Shown: positions 48,890 to 58,379, counted from the first letter of the stretch. The stretch is DNA of 64,000 nt from Patescibacteria group bacterium (GCA_019745315.1 JAIETH010000001.1:13049-77048), one strand, 5' to 3'. The notes: generated by a model not told the origin, from the letters alone. Numbers and translations are program-made.

Positions 48890-48972
48890 TGCGCCGGGAA
48901 GGATTTGAACCTTCGTAGCCCGGAGGCGACAGATTTACAGTCTGTTGTAATTGACCACTCTACCACCGACGC
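48890..48972 (-). tRNA. tRNA-Tyr(GTA)
   Basis: GCGTCGG acceptor, loop CTGTAAA, long variable arm, GGTTCAAATCC. Confidence 0.93.
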
Positions 48973-49096
48973 ATGTAACGGATAGCACATTTCGCAATGT
49001 GCGTGGGTATACGGTAGCACAGGTTTCAGTCGGGGGGAAGTGTGCGAAACTCCTCGCATACCTCAGCGATTGAATGGTATTATTTTAATACGTTAT

Positions 49097-49945
49097 ATGG
49101 GCTACCGAGCGGTTATCTTTTCTTTTTTTCTCTTCCTGGTACCACTTGTATTTGTGTATGGTGCGCCGATAGTGCCTCCTCCTCCTTCAAGCGGTCTTGG
49201 ATATAGGGCATGTGATCTGTTGACACTCGTTAACAACGTCATGAAGTTTCTCATATATATAAGTGCGTTTATCGCTGTGCTTCTTGTTGCGTTTGCAGGA
49301 TTTAAGTCAGTGATTGGGGGAGAATCCGCAGAATTAGGAAGTCTCGCTGTTGCGATTGGTGGTGGAATTCTCCTCATGCTTTCTGGGTGGCTCATAGTGG
49401 ATACGGTCATAAAAGTATTTACCGGAGGACGTTTGGGGCCATGGAATTCAATACAGTGTGTTGAGAATTACGAAATAAGCAGGACTACATTTGTTCCTTT
49501 GAGTGGTACAGGTGGCGGAGGTGGGGTGATACCAGGACTTGCTCCCCAGGGAAGAGGAAACTGTTCAGCAGAAGCTCTTACTCCGGTTTTCGGGAGTCAG
49601 GCGGCAACTTTTTCTTGTATCGCACAGCGAGAAAGCGGGTGTAATCCTGGGCTACCGAGCGGTGTCGATGTGGGCGCAGATGGAAACGCGGTTTCGTTTG
49701 GTTTATATCAGATAAATATCAGCGCACACCCAATGGTGTGTGATGGTCAGAGGGTAAACTGTCCTGCTGCATTTTCTTCGATGTATACAGCTCAAAATAG
49801 AGGTGTGAGAGTGGTGAACCAAGAGTTATATATACAGTGTCGTGCGCTTGCGACAAATGCGAACTGTAATTCACAAACAGCACAGTCATTGTTTCAGCGT
49901 AATGGATTGAATCCGTGGCGAGCGCAGAATAATAGGTGCTTCTAG
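49097..49945 (+). CDS. pilin fused to lysozyme/lytic transglycosylase-like domain
   Basis: Pilin TM hairpin ending WLIVDTVIK, Gly linker, CIAQRESG...SFGLYQIN...PW. Confidence 0.75.
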   Translation: MGYRAVIFSFFLFLVPLVFVYGAPIVPPPPSSGLGYRACDLLTLVNNVMKFLIYISAFIAVLLVAFAGFKSVIGGESAELGSLAVAIGGGILLMLSGWLIVDTVIKVFTGGRLGPWNSIQCVENYEISRTTFVPLSGTGGGGGVIPGLAPQGRGNCSAEALTPVFGSQAATFSCIAQRESGCNPGLPSGVDVGADGNAVSFGLYQINISAHPMVCDGQRVNCPAAFSSMYTAQNRGVRVVNQELYIQCRALATNANCNSQTAQSLFQRNGLNPWRAQNNRCF

Positions 49946-49960
49946 TTCAATAAATACACT

Positions 49961-50512
49961 ATGTCTAACAAAATTATTTTTATACTGATAGCGCTGGTAG
50001 TAGTTATGGCTTTGGGGCTTGGAGTAACTTTGTTTATGAGGAATTTACAAAACCCCGAGGAGCCTACTCCTTCGTTTGAATTTCCAGGCGGGAGCACGAC
50101 TCCACCGACAACGTCAGAAAACACGATTCCGGCTGCTGATACCATGTCTATTCAAAATGCTGAGAACGCTACCGTTTCAATTCGTGATTTTAAAAAAGAC
50201 CCTACAGTGATCGCTGACCCTAATAATGCTGGTCAATATATTATCTCGGGAGGTATTGAGCCATCATATGAAAAAAATGCATTCAGTATTATCTATGTGC
50301 CCATTGATCAAAGTTTCACCGTCACTCTGTTGCAAGAGCCTTTGAATGAATCTCGCGAAAAAGCAGAAAAAGAATTGCTAGAAAAATTGGGGATTGGTCA
50401 ATCAGAATTGTGCGCATTGCGGTATGCGGTCTATGTCCCTCGTTTTGTGAACGATGTACTTGCGGGAGAAAATCTTGGATTTAGTTTTTGTCCAGGCGCA
50501 ATTCCGCTTTGA
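49961..50512 (+). CDS. membrane-anchored hypothetical protein
   Basis: TM, Pro/Thr linker, AEKELLEKLGI...LCAL...SFC. Confidence 0.7.
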   Translation: MSNKIIFILIALVVVMALGLGVTLFMRNLQNPEEPTPSFEFPGGSTTPPTTSENTIPAADTMSIQNAENATVSIRDFKKDPTVIADPNNAGQYIISGGIEPSYEKNAFSIIYVPIDQSFTVTLLQEPLNESREKAEKELLEKLGIGQSELCALRYAVYVPRFVNDVLAGENLGFSFCPGAIPL

Positions 50513-50545
50513 TCGTATGGTATCGTATACACTATAGATAAGACT

Positions 50546-51070
50546 ATGATGAAATATCTCCTCATTGTGTTTTTTGGTCTTATGGCAGTCGGAGCAGCTG
50601 GCTATGGAATTTATATCGCAGCTACACAAGACCTGACTACTGAAGAGCCTCCTCTATCAGAGCCTATTACCGTCTTTCCTGTTCCGGCACCCGATACCGT
50701 ACAAGGCGGTTTTATGTTAGTTACAACACGAGATGAAGATAAGGTGCGGGTTGCTGATGTGCGTAAAAATCCTCTTGAGGTACAGATAGATCCTGACACA
50801 GGGAAGCCAATTTATACTCTTGTGTCTTCGCGGTGGGTAGATGGTAGGGGGGAAGGGTATGGACTGGCATTTGATGAGGGCTTTGGACTCTTTGTGGTAA
50901 CGGTGCATGAAGACTCATCTGGTACACAGCAGATACTTGCTGAACGTGAATTGCTTCGACGACTTGAAGTTTCCACTAAAGATTTTTGTCGATTACAATT
51001 TTATCTAACTGTCGTAGAGGCAGACGGATCATGGAGTGAGAGCACGAAACCTTCGCTATGCAATTTGTAA
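50546..51070 (+). CDS. membrane-anchored hypothetical protein (paralog of 49961-50512)
   Basis: AERELLRRLEV...FCRL...SLC. Confidence 0.7.
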   Translation: MMKYLLIVFFGLMAVGAAGYGIYIAATQDLTTEEPPLSEPITVFPVPAPDTVQGGFMLVTTRDEDKVRVADVRKNPLEVQIDPDTGKPIYTLVSSRWVDGRGEGYGLAFDEGFGLFVVTVHEDSSGTQQILAERELLRRLEVSTKDFCRLQFYLTVVEADGSWSESTKPSLCNL

Positions 51071-51939
51071 AACCTCTTAAAAAGATAGCCCAGATTGGTA
51101 TCTATGTCGGCGTACTTTTCTGTGTGCCACTATTGATGTTGGCTGCTGAGCGTCTTGTGCCCTGTGAGGGGAATGCATGTCGGGCATGTGATGTACGAAC
51201 GCTCTTAAAGAAGCTGATCGATTTCATGATCATGCTTGGCGGGTTTATCGCAACTATCCTTCTTATGTTTGCAGGGTTTACCATGGTCACCGCTGCAGGA
51301 AATATGGGGAAGATTGAGGAGGCAAAAAGTACCTTTAAAGCAGTCATTATCGGTATGTTTATCATACTTACGGGCTACTTAATTGTAGATACCTTCATGA
51401 AAACATTTGTAACGGGAAGTGTTTTTAATGGAGCTCCTTGGGATAACATAACCTGCGTACCAAACCCTTTAATTGAACGAACTCCTCCTGCTGCCATTGG
51501 AGGAGGTGGAACTGTGGTTGGAGGAGGTTCGACTGTTGGAGCTACTCCTGGGGATGTGGCTGCTTTGCAGCAAGCAGGCGTCACTGTTCAGTCGGGTGTC
51601 AATATGAGTCAGGTGAGTGGAAGTAGAATAACTCAAGCTGTTGAGATGGCGAGCGCATGTAGTATCGCAAATGGGGGAACTGCAACATCTAATGCGTGCG
51701 GTGTTCAAATTAGCAGTGGGTATAGAGCTGGCAACGGTCAGTCAAATCACGGAAATGGTACTGCGGTGGATATTTCTGGACGTAACGAAACATTTAATAG
51801 GTGGATGAATAGCCAAACAGCAGCACCATCTGCCTTCGGAGGATATAGGACAATTAATACAGGGCAGGGAGCATGTACCTGGCATCCTAACGAGGGTGGG
51901 GGCGGATATCACTGGCATTGCTCAGATACAGGAAGGTAG
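51058..51939 (+). CDS. pilin fused to M15-like zinc peptidase domain
   Basis: LVPC..C..C, pilin hairpin ending YLIVDTFMK, ISSGYR...SNHGNGTAVDI...HWH. Confidence 0.75.
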   Translation: MQFVKPLKKIAQIGIYVGVLFCVPLLMLAAERLVPCEGNACRACDVRTLLKKLIDFMIMLGGFIATILLMFAGFTMVTAAGNMGKIEEAKSTFKAVIIGMFIILTGYLIVDTFMKTFVTGSVFNGAPWDNITCVPNPLIERTPPAAIGGGGTVVGGGSTVGATPGDVAALQQAGVTVQSGVNMSQVSGSRITQAVEMASACSIANGGTATSNACGVQISSGYRAGNGQSNHGNGTAVDISGRNETFNRWMNSQTAAPSAFGGYRTINTGQGACTWHPNEGGGGYHWHCSDTGR

Positions 51940-52002
51940 TTCGCGGGTTTTGATTGACTAAGCACACCCTTTCACATACCATTCCTTTTGAGGAGATATT
52001 TC

Positions 52003-52076
52003 GGGCGATTAGTTTAGTGGTAGAACATAGGTCTCCAAAACCTACGGTGGGGGTTCGATTCCCTCATCGCCCGCCA
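52003..52076 (+). tRNA. tRNA-Trp(CCA)
   Basis: GGGCGAT/ATCGCCC acceptor, loop CTCCAAA, encoded CCA end. Confidence 0.95.
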
Positions 52077-52181
52077 AGTCGTGCTAGCACGAGACGCTAG
52101 GAATAAAACTTATAATTCAAATTTAAGTGACAAGTTTTATTTAAAATGAAATTATAAAATATTAACTTTAATAGACTATTT

Positions 52182-52676
52182 ATGAATATAATTAATTTCC
52201 TAGATTTTACAGACCCGCTCGTAATAATGTTTACGGTAGATTTGTTTATTGCACTGGTTATCGGTTTTATAATTGGCGCAGAAAGAGAATCGCGAGGTAA
52301 AGACGCTGGAATCAGTACACATACATTTGTAATTGTTGGCGCGATGTTGTTTACGTTTCTTTCAATGGTTGTTGATCCAGCCTCTAAATCTCGGATTGCT
52401 GCTCAAATTGTTACTGGTATTGGTTTCTTGGGAGCGGGTATTATTCTCAAAGATGGAGCACAAGTTAGAAATTTAACTACTGCTGCTAGTATTTGGTTTG
52501 CCGGAGCAATCGGAATGGCTATTGGTTTTGATTATCATGAAATTGCTATTATTGCTGCGATAGCATCAGTTTGTATTCCTCGCATCCCTCATATCAGTAG
52601 CAAAAAAACGAGGCAAGGCAGTAAAAAAAATACTAACGAGGAAGAAAAAGACGCAATGCAATTTAGTGACGATTAA
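52182..52676 (+). CDS. MgtC/SapB family protein
   Basis: IGAERE..K.AGISTH, RIAAQIVTGIGFLGAG, LTTAASIW. Confidence 0.92.
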   Translation: MNIINFLDFTDPLVIMFTVDLFIALVIGFIIGAERESRGKDAGISTHTFVIVGAMLFTFLSMVVDPASKSRIAAQIVTGIGFLGAGIILKDGAQVRNLTTAASIWFAGAIGMAIGFDYHEIAIIAAIASVCIPRIPHISSKKTRQGSKKNTNEEEKDAMQFSDD

Positions 52677-52763
52677 TAGTATTGCATGAGCGCCAATTGG
52701 CGAATATTTGTAATTAATTAGAATAGCCAAAATAACATTAGATCAACTAAGAAAAAGCCGGAT

Positions 52764-53444
52764 ATGAAATCTATTATTACTAACCCATGGTTTGAGCGAT
52801 TAGTACTTGCTATCATCGTGGCCAATGCTATTACTCTTGGACTTGAAACCTATCCCGCCATTATGTTGGCGTACGGTAGCACTTTAATGAAGCTAGATTT
52901 GGTTTTTGTCGGGTTCTTTGTAATTGAGCTTTCGTTGCGTCTTTCAGTTTTAGGTCGCACGTTTTGGCAAGACGGATGGAACTGGTTTGATGCGACAGTG
53001 GTTGGGTTAACGGTTCTTCCATTTTTAGGAGTGAGCGGGATTGGTAACGTATCGGCTTTTCGAGCAGTCCGGCTTTTACGTGTTCTGAGCATTATTCCAT
53101 CTTTTAGACGGGTACTCGCGGGTATCGGCCGAGCACTTTCAGGAAGCTTTGCAGTAATGGCAGTATTAGCTGTAATTCTTTATGTATATGCAGTTGTGTC
53201 GGTAAAACTTTTTCGTGATGTAAGTCCTGAAAAATTTGCCGATCTAGGAACGTCGTTTTTTACCTACTTTCAAATTATGACCCTCGATGCTTGGAGCGAC
53301 ATCGTACTTCCTATTATGGCTGTGTACTGGTGGGCGGGAATGTTTTTTGTAAGTTTTATTGTAACAGCTGTATTTATCTTACTGAGTATCCTCATCGGTG
53401 TAGCTAGTAACGCAATGAATGAAAATGACACTGAGAAAAAGTAA
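52764..53444 (+). CDS. BacNav-type 6-TM voltage-gated cation channel
   Basis: DGWNWFD, S4 FRAVRLLR, pore FQIMTLDAWSD. Confidence 0.88.
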   Translation: MKSIITNPWFERLVLAIIVANAITLGLETYPAIMLAYGSTLMKLDLVFVGFFVIELSLRLSVLGRTFWQDGWNWFDATVVGLTVLPFLGVSGIGNVSAFRAVRLLRVLSIIPSFRRVLAGIGRALSGSFAVMAVLAVILYVYAVVSVKLFRDVSPEKFADLGTSFFTYFQIMTLDAWSDIVLPIMAVYWWAGMFFVSFIVTAVFILLSILIGVASNAMNENDTEKK

Positions 53445-53479
53445 TTATTTATTGAACGTATTTAAAGTTTGTATGTTTG

Positions 53480-53653
53480 ATGCAAACTAACTTTTTTATT
53501 ATTTAAAGTAAGTTGAGAATTAAAACTAGAAATAATCTACCTTTTCTGTTTAAAAGTTCCATCTTTGAGCAAAAACTTAATACACCTCCTAATATCTATA
53601 TCTTCGACTTCAAAGTTAACGCCCTGCCCAAGCAAGAATGCATTTAATCTTTT
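53480..53653 (-). pseudogene. decayed copy of the serine recombinase C-terminus
   Basis: 58 codons with an internal TAG; 33/58 aa identical by hand alignment to the end of 54487-55809. Confidence 0.8.
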
Positions 53654-53689
53654 ACGCCCTACACGTACAAAATTGTATATCCAAATCTA

Positions 53690-54025
53690 TTAATAATTTA
53701 TCGCTTTTCGTTTTTTAGGTTCGGGTAACTCATCAAACGTAATTTGTATAAGTTTACTTAACCAAACATGATCTTCAATCTTTTCACTATCAATTTGAAT
53801 TGAAGGCTTTGCCCCAGGACAGGCAATGCCTTCAATATAATCGTTACCTAGATATTTTTGTCCTCCGACTGTCCTTTTTATAAACAATGTATCGCTACAA
53901 ATAAGACCTACTACTTTTCCTTCTTTATACAATGCATATTCGCCAAACATTTTCTTTACAGTGATAGCTCTTAGGTCAACCAGTTGATCTAAAATGTATT
54001 CAACTGTGCTGGGGCCAGTTGCCAT
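53690..54025 (-). CDS. TfoX N-terminal domain protein
   Basis: KKMFGEYALY..GKVVGLIC..TLFIK. Confidence 0.88.
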   Translation of the reverse strand: MATGPSTVEYILDQLVDLRAITVKKMFGEYALYKEGKVVGLICSDTLFIKRTVGGQKYLGNDYIEGIACPGAKPSIQIDSEKIEDHVWLSKLIQITFDELPEPKKRKAINY

Positions 54026-54031
54026 GTTTTT

Positions 54032-54445
54032 TTAAAATAAACCCAATGCAAAACTAATTACTCCACCCATAAAACCCACAGTTGCAACCGCAGCAATAAT
54101 GTCTGCAATAATTGGTTTAAAGTTATTGAAAAGATGAGATGTGGCGTACCAGTATGTACTCGTCATAATAGAAATCATGCCTCCGATAAATCCTCCAATT
54201 AAAACACCTTCCGCTAGGGTATTTGTTTCTGTCCACTGTGTGAATAGGATGGTGAGAAGTAACGAATATGCGACACAGGAAATGAAAAGCCAGATTAAAC
54301 TCGATTCAGCGTCACTTTTCTTAAAACCTTGAGCAGAGGTCATGTTATTTGCCATGAACTTGCCGAGTGCGAATTCAAATACAAACCACCCGATAATGAA
54401 ATAGCCAACTGCACCCAGGGCTGTTGCGGTAATTATTTCTAGCAT
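54032..54445 (-). CDS. DUF1761-like four-TM protein
   Basis: Four hydrophobic helices; IGW...LGK. Confidence 0.55.
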   Translation of the reverse strand: MLEIITATALGAVGYFIIGWFVFEFALGKFMANNMTSAQGFKKSDAESSLIWLFISCVAYSLLLTILFTQWTETNTLAEGVLIGGFIGGMISIMTSTYWYATSHLFNNFKPIIADIIAAVATVGFMGGVISFALGLF

Positions 54446-54486
54446 ATACGAATTATTATATACTTAATTTAATGGTCTTATCTTGT

Positions 54487-55809
54487 TTAATGCAATGATA
54501 TCTGTTTATTTTGCAATAGTATTTCACTTTTAAAACACGACATAATCTCTCGCTTCTCTTCAATCGTCCCGTCTTTAAGTAAAAATTTTATATACGGCTT
54601 AATATCTATATCTCCAATCTCAAAGTTAAGCTCCTGACCGAGCACAGACGCTTCAAATTTCTTATACCTCGTTACTTCAGCCGCGATCTGTTTTTTAACC
54701 GTTAAGTCATGTATGGCTATCGTATCGACTAGACTTTGCAGTTGCTTAATGAGTTCTGTCTCTGAAACATAACCACACGGACAATGTTTATCTATTGCTC
54801 TAGTGCAACCGTAGTAGACATGAACGTTCATACCACCACCTTTCAGCTTTTTGTATTTCTCACTAGCACTAATACCAGATCCGCATAGACCACATTTCAT
54901 AATGCGAGTGAAGGCAAATTCATGGTCTGCTCGTGTCTTTAGCTCATTTCCCTTAACTTGAGCTTGTACCAGATCAAAAAGTTCTTTGGTGATAAGTGGT
55001 GCATGTTTACCCTGATACCAATTGCCACTGTTTTTAGGATATTCAAAGACTCCGTAGTAGAAGTGGTTATCAAGGATTTTGTAGATGTTACCGAGGCTCA
55101 AATGCTTCTTGCTCGGCAACGCTCTGAAATTCAGCTCGAATTTAAGCCAGTTGTATACTTTCCTGCCACTCCACTTTTCATACGCTACTTTTTCAAATAC
55201 CTGTTTAATCACCTGTCCTCTCTCAGGATCAATGTATGTCTCACACTTCCTATCCATGCGTTTTTCTTTTAGATAACCAGTTGGTGCAGGTGCCGGCCAT
55301 AAACCCATTTCAACTCTGGTCTTTAGTCCACGCTTCACATTAATACTTTTGTTGTCGTTTTCTAGCTTGGCTTGAGAACACAGAATCATCAAGAGAAACT
55401 TCTCACTCGGTGTGTTCGTAAATGTTTGTCCGTATGTGCGTATTTCACGGAGTAGATGTTGATCCATGAGATCAACGAGTGAACCGAGGTCACCTGCATT
55501 TCGACTCAATCGGTCTGGATGCCAGACAATAATGCCGTTGAAGCGTTCTCGTCTAATGTCCTCAAGTATTTCTTTAAAAACTGGTCGTTGCCCTGAGTCC
55601 TTTGCAGAATGTGACTCACGCCTAATCTCTACAATCTCCAACCCTTCACGTTCTGCAATTTCACACATCTCCTTAACTTGAGAGTCGATGGAAAGAGCTT
55701 GTTTCTCATCAGACTCAGTACTTTTGCGTGCGTATAGTAGGTACTTAACGGGCACTTTTGGTACATCAGTCTTTACTCCAAAGTTGTTCATTACTTGCGT
55801 TTCCATCAT
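54487..55809 (-). CDS. large serine recombinase
   Basis: YARKS catalytic motif, RPVF, DRLSRN, recombinase domain, CGLCG zinc ribbon. Confidence 0.93.
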   Translation of the reverse strand: MMETQVMNNFGVKTDVPKVPVKYLLYARKSTESDEKQALSIDSQVKEMCEIAEREGLEIVEIRRESHSAKDSGQRPVFKEILEDIRRERFNGIIVWHPDRLSRNAGDLGSLVDLMDQHLLREIRTYGQTFTNTPSEKFLLMILCSQAKLENDNKSINVKRGLKTRVEMGLWPAPAPTGYLKEKRMDRKCETYIDPERGQVIKQVFEKVAYEKWSGRKVYNWLKFELNFRALPSKKHLSLGNIYKILDNHFYYGVFEYPKNSGNWYQGKHAPLITKELFDLVQAQVKGNELKTRADHEFAFTRIMKCGLCGSGISASEKYKKLKGGGMNVHVYYGCTRAIDKHCPCGYVSETELIKQLQSLVDTIAIHDLTVKKQIAAEVTRYKKFEASVLGQELNFEIGDIDIKPYIKFLLKDGTIEEKREIMSCFKSEILLQNKQISLH

Positions 55810-56012
55810 TAATTAATGACAGACCTGCACGAGATGCATAGCTATGCAGACTAAGAAATACGTCACATACTCGCTGATTGTCCTTAGCAAAAGTGCAAAC
55901 ATGCGATAGAGTGAAATCGGTAGCAAAATCTGCTATTATTGTTCTCGAACAATTGAATATTAGACCTAACCCCTTAAGTCTCTTGAGGATATGGTCGCAA
56001 ATCCGTCCAAAG

Positions 56013-56109
56013 TAAAAAGCTCCTAATCAGGGCTACTTTGGACGGTCATATCGGGAAACTGGTATGGGCATATCTCACGGGGTATGTCGGCTTGGTTAGG
56101 AGCTTTTTG
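56013..56109 (+). ncRNA. C4-antisense-like structured RNA
   Basis: Closing stem AAAAAGCTCCTAATCAGG/CTTGGTTAGGAGCTTTTT, GAAA hairpin, TACTTTGGACGG complementary to CCGTCCAAA at 56003 and 56133. Confidence 0.6.
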
Positions 56110-56145
56110 CTATCTGATCAAATTATTAAAAACCGTCCAAATAAT

Positions 56146-56646
56146 ATGAATACAATCAAAAAATGTCCTAAGTGCCAAAAAGAGGTCGATGCAAAAGCAA
56201 CTAAGTGTCCGTACTGCCAGTCAGACACAAGAAGCTGGGTAAGACAGCATCCAATCGGAGTGTTCCTGCTCTTTCTCATCTTTTTACCAATCGTTATCAG
56301 TCAGATCAATGCTGAACCAACACCAGTGCAGACTCCAGCTCAACAAATTCATGAAGTGAAGTTTCAAAGTGCAAGAATTCTTGCAAAGTCACACATAGAG
56401 AAAATTCCCCTTACTTCACCATCGACAGCAAAATACAATCCACCGACTACAAAAGTTGACCCAACAGATCCGAATCTTTTTGAAGTTTCGTCATACATAG
56501 ACAGTCAAAACGGATTTGGTGCAATGGTTCGTACATATTGGTCAATGAAGCTTAAGTTCAAAGGTGAAGATACTCAAGAATCAGTCGAAACAGATGCAAA
56601 CTGGGAAATCGTTGAGTTCACTTTTGACGGCGAAAAGATTAAGTAG
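56146..56646 (+). CDS. zinc-ribbon + TM + extracellular domain protein
   Basis: CPKC...CPYC, TM, PSTAKY...DSQNGFGA. Confidence 0.75.
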   Translation: MNTIKKCPKCQKEVDAKATKCPYCQSDTRSWVRQHPIGVFLLFLIFLPIVISQINAEPTPVQTPAQQIHEVKFQSARILAKSHIEKIPLTSPSTAKYNPPTTKVDPTDPNLFEVSSYIDSQNGFGAMVRTYWSMKLKFKGEDTQESVETDANWEIVEFTFDGEKIK

Positions 56647-57109
56647 TTTTAGAAGCGTCTTTCTGCGGAATCCATCTATCCAGCATCTCTCTCGCTCTCT
56701 TTACTGCATTAGCAGCTTTTTCTGCACTGTCACGGTTTAGCTTTTCTTCCATCTTTCTCTTGTTCTGATAATGGGTCTCAATTCGTTTTTGCTCAAATTG
56801 ATCATTTGAGGCATCTCGATGTCTGAATGGCATTTTGTATGCTTCGTGCCTATGACTTAACCAGTACTTTGTGTATGCAGCATCTTTATTTTTGATGCCA
56901 GTAAGGACATTGCTTTCTGCCACATCATTTACCAAACCCACACCAAATCCCATAGCCTTATTCACCTCATTGAAGCTGTCTTCGCTTTCATTCATCCACC
57001 GATAAAACGTCTGACGAGAAATGCCAAACTTTTCACAAACCACTTGAATAATAGGAGTACGTTCTAGCTCTTCTAAAATCTTACTCCATAACACTTTAGT
57101 TTTCTTCAT
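56639..57109 (-). CDS. HTH protein (small-terminase/phBC6A51-like)
   Basis: VCEKFGISRQTFYRW...AES......AxTKYWL. Confidence 0.65.
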   Translation of the reverse strand: MKKTKVLWSKILEELERTPIIQVVCEKFGISRQTFYRWMNESEDSFNEVNKAMGFGVGLVNDVAESNVLTGIKNKDAAYTKYWLSHRHEAYKMPFRHRDASNDQFEQKRIETHYQNKRKMEEKLNRDSAEKAANAVKRAREMLDRWIPQKDASKTT

Positions 57110-58379
57110 GTGACTGGACCTTTACTTTGAGACCAGTCAGCTTCTCATAGCGATTAATAATAAGATCGCAGAAGGCTGGTTCAAGTTCACAACCGTACAC
57201 TCTTCGACCAAGAGCGTTACCTGCGATTAAGGTACTTCCAGAGCCAAGGAAACTATCGAGAATGATGTCGTTCATCTTAGTACAGCGTTTGATCGCTTTC
57301 TCATGAAGACATGGTGGTTTAGACGTAGCGTGTTTATAGTCTTTGGCGGCTAAACGCTTGGCGGTCCAGATATCTATAAAGTCGTCAACCTCGCTAAGTA
57401 AGTTGTTGCCTGTGCTAAGTTCTTTATTCATCACTTCGTTAAGGTTGGTAATCGGTTCTGCCAAATGTGGTTTGCCACGAGTTCCGTATACCACAGGCTC
57501 GTATACCTTATTGAACGCCACGCCAGGTACGGGGTTCTGGTTATTTTTCAACCATAAACACACTCGCTTATTGCTGATTCCGAGTTGCCTGTATATCTCC
57601 TGTACAACCCCGATAAATACTTGATCGCACCAGTAGAAAACATGAGTATCTTTATTTGATACCGCTAAGGCTGACTCCATACTATCTTTGAGAAACTTCT
57701 GGTATTCAGCAAACGTTCGTTTATCTTTTACATTTCCTCCATAGTCTTGCTTTCCTCCAATACCGCCGTTGTAGTCGATGTTGATGTTATAGACGGGGTC
57801 AGAGTAAATCATTGAGACTTTCTCATTGCCAAGGAGTCGCTTTAGAGTTTCTGGCTTAGTAGAGTCGCCGCAAATAACCCTATGCTTGCCGAGAGTAATA
57901 AGGTCACCAAGTTTCGTCTTTGGCTCTACAATCTTCTTTAATTCTTTTTCTTCGTCAAAACTATCGTCGGCAACCTCTGTCTCTTTGTCGTAGATGTCTG
58001 ACAACTCAATATCGTCAAAACCACCAAACTCAAGTGCACCCATTTCAAATCCTTTGAGTAGATCGAAATCCCAGTCGCCACCAAGCTTGTTAGAAGCGAT
58101 GAGATACTCGTCTGATTCTTCTTTAGTTAGCTTACGGTTCGGAACTCTTACATCAATAATTTCATCACCACGATTAAGAAGCTGAAGGGCCTTGATTCGT
58201 TGATGGCCTGCAAGGATAGAGCCATTAGCATCTATGGCAGGTATTTCTACTAAGTTGTATTTCTTCAGGCTTCGCTTCAAGTCCGACATTTGTTTGTCGG
58301 TAATAGAGCGAGGGTTAACGTCTTGAGGGATAAGATCATTAACTCGCCTTTGGGCTGTTGCCCATATAAGTTTTTTCAT
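57096..58379 (-). CDS. ParB/Srx-fused DNA N6/N4 methyltransferase
   Basis: NPR, ILAGHQR; DPVY (DPPY variant), HATSKP, LDSFLGSGST. Confidence 0.88.
   Translation of the reverse strand: MKKLIWATAQRRVNDLIPQDVNPRSITDKQMSDLKRSLKKYNLVEIPAIDANGSILAGHQRIKALQLLNRGDEIIDVRVPNRKLTKEESDEYLIASNKLGGDWDFDLLKGFEMGALEFGGFDDIELSDIYDKETEVADDSFDEEKELKKIVEPKTKLGDLITLGKHRVICGDSTKPETLKRLLGNEKVSMIYSDPVYNINIDYNGGIGGKQDYGGNVKDKRTFAEYQKFLKDSMESALAVSNKDTHVFYWCDQVFIGVVQEIYRQLGISNKRVCLWLKNNQNPVPGVAFNKVYEPVVYGTRGKPHLAEPITNLNEVMNKELSTGNNLLSEVDDFIDIWTAKRLAAKDYKHATSKPPCLHEKAIKRCTKMNDIILDSFLGSGSTLIAGNALGRRVYGCELEPAFCDLIINRYEKLTGLKVKVQSHEEN

Noticed and set aside
56038-56145. 36-aa N-terminal extension of the zinc-ribbon gene
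   Set aside because: Overlaps the C4-like RNA; the ATG at 56146 directly precedes the CxxC motif.
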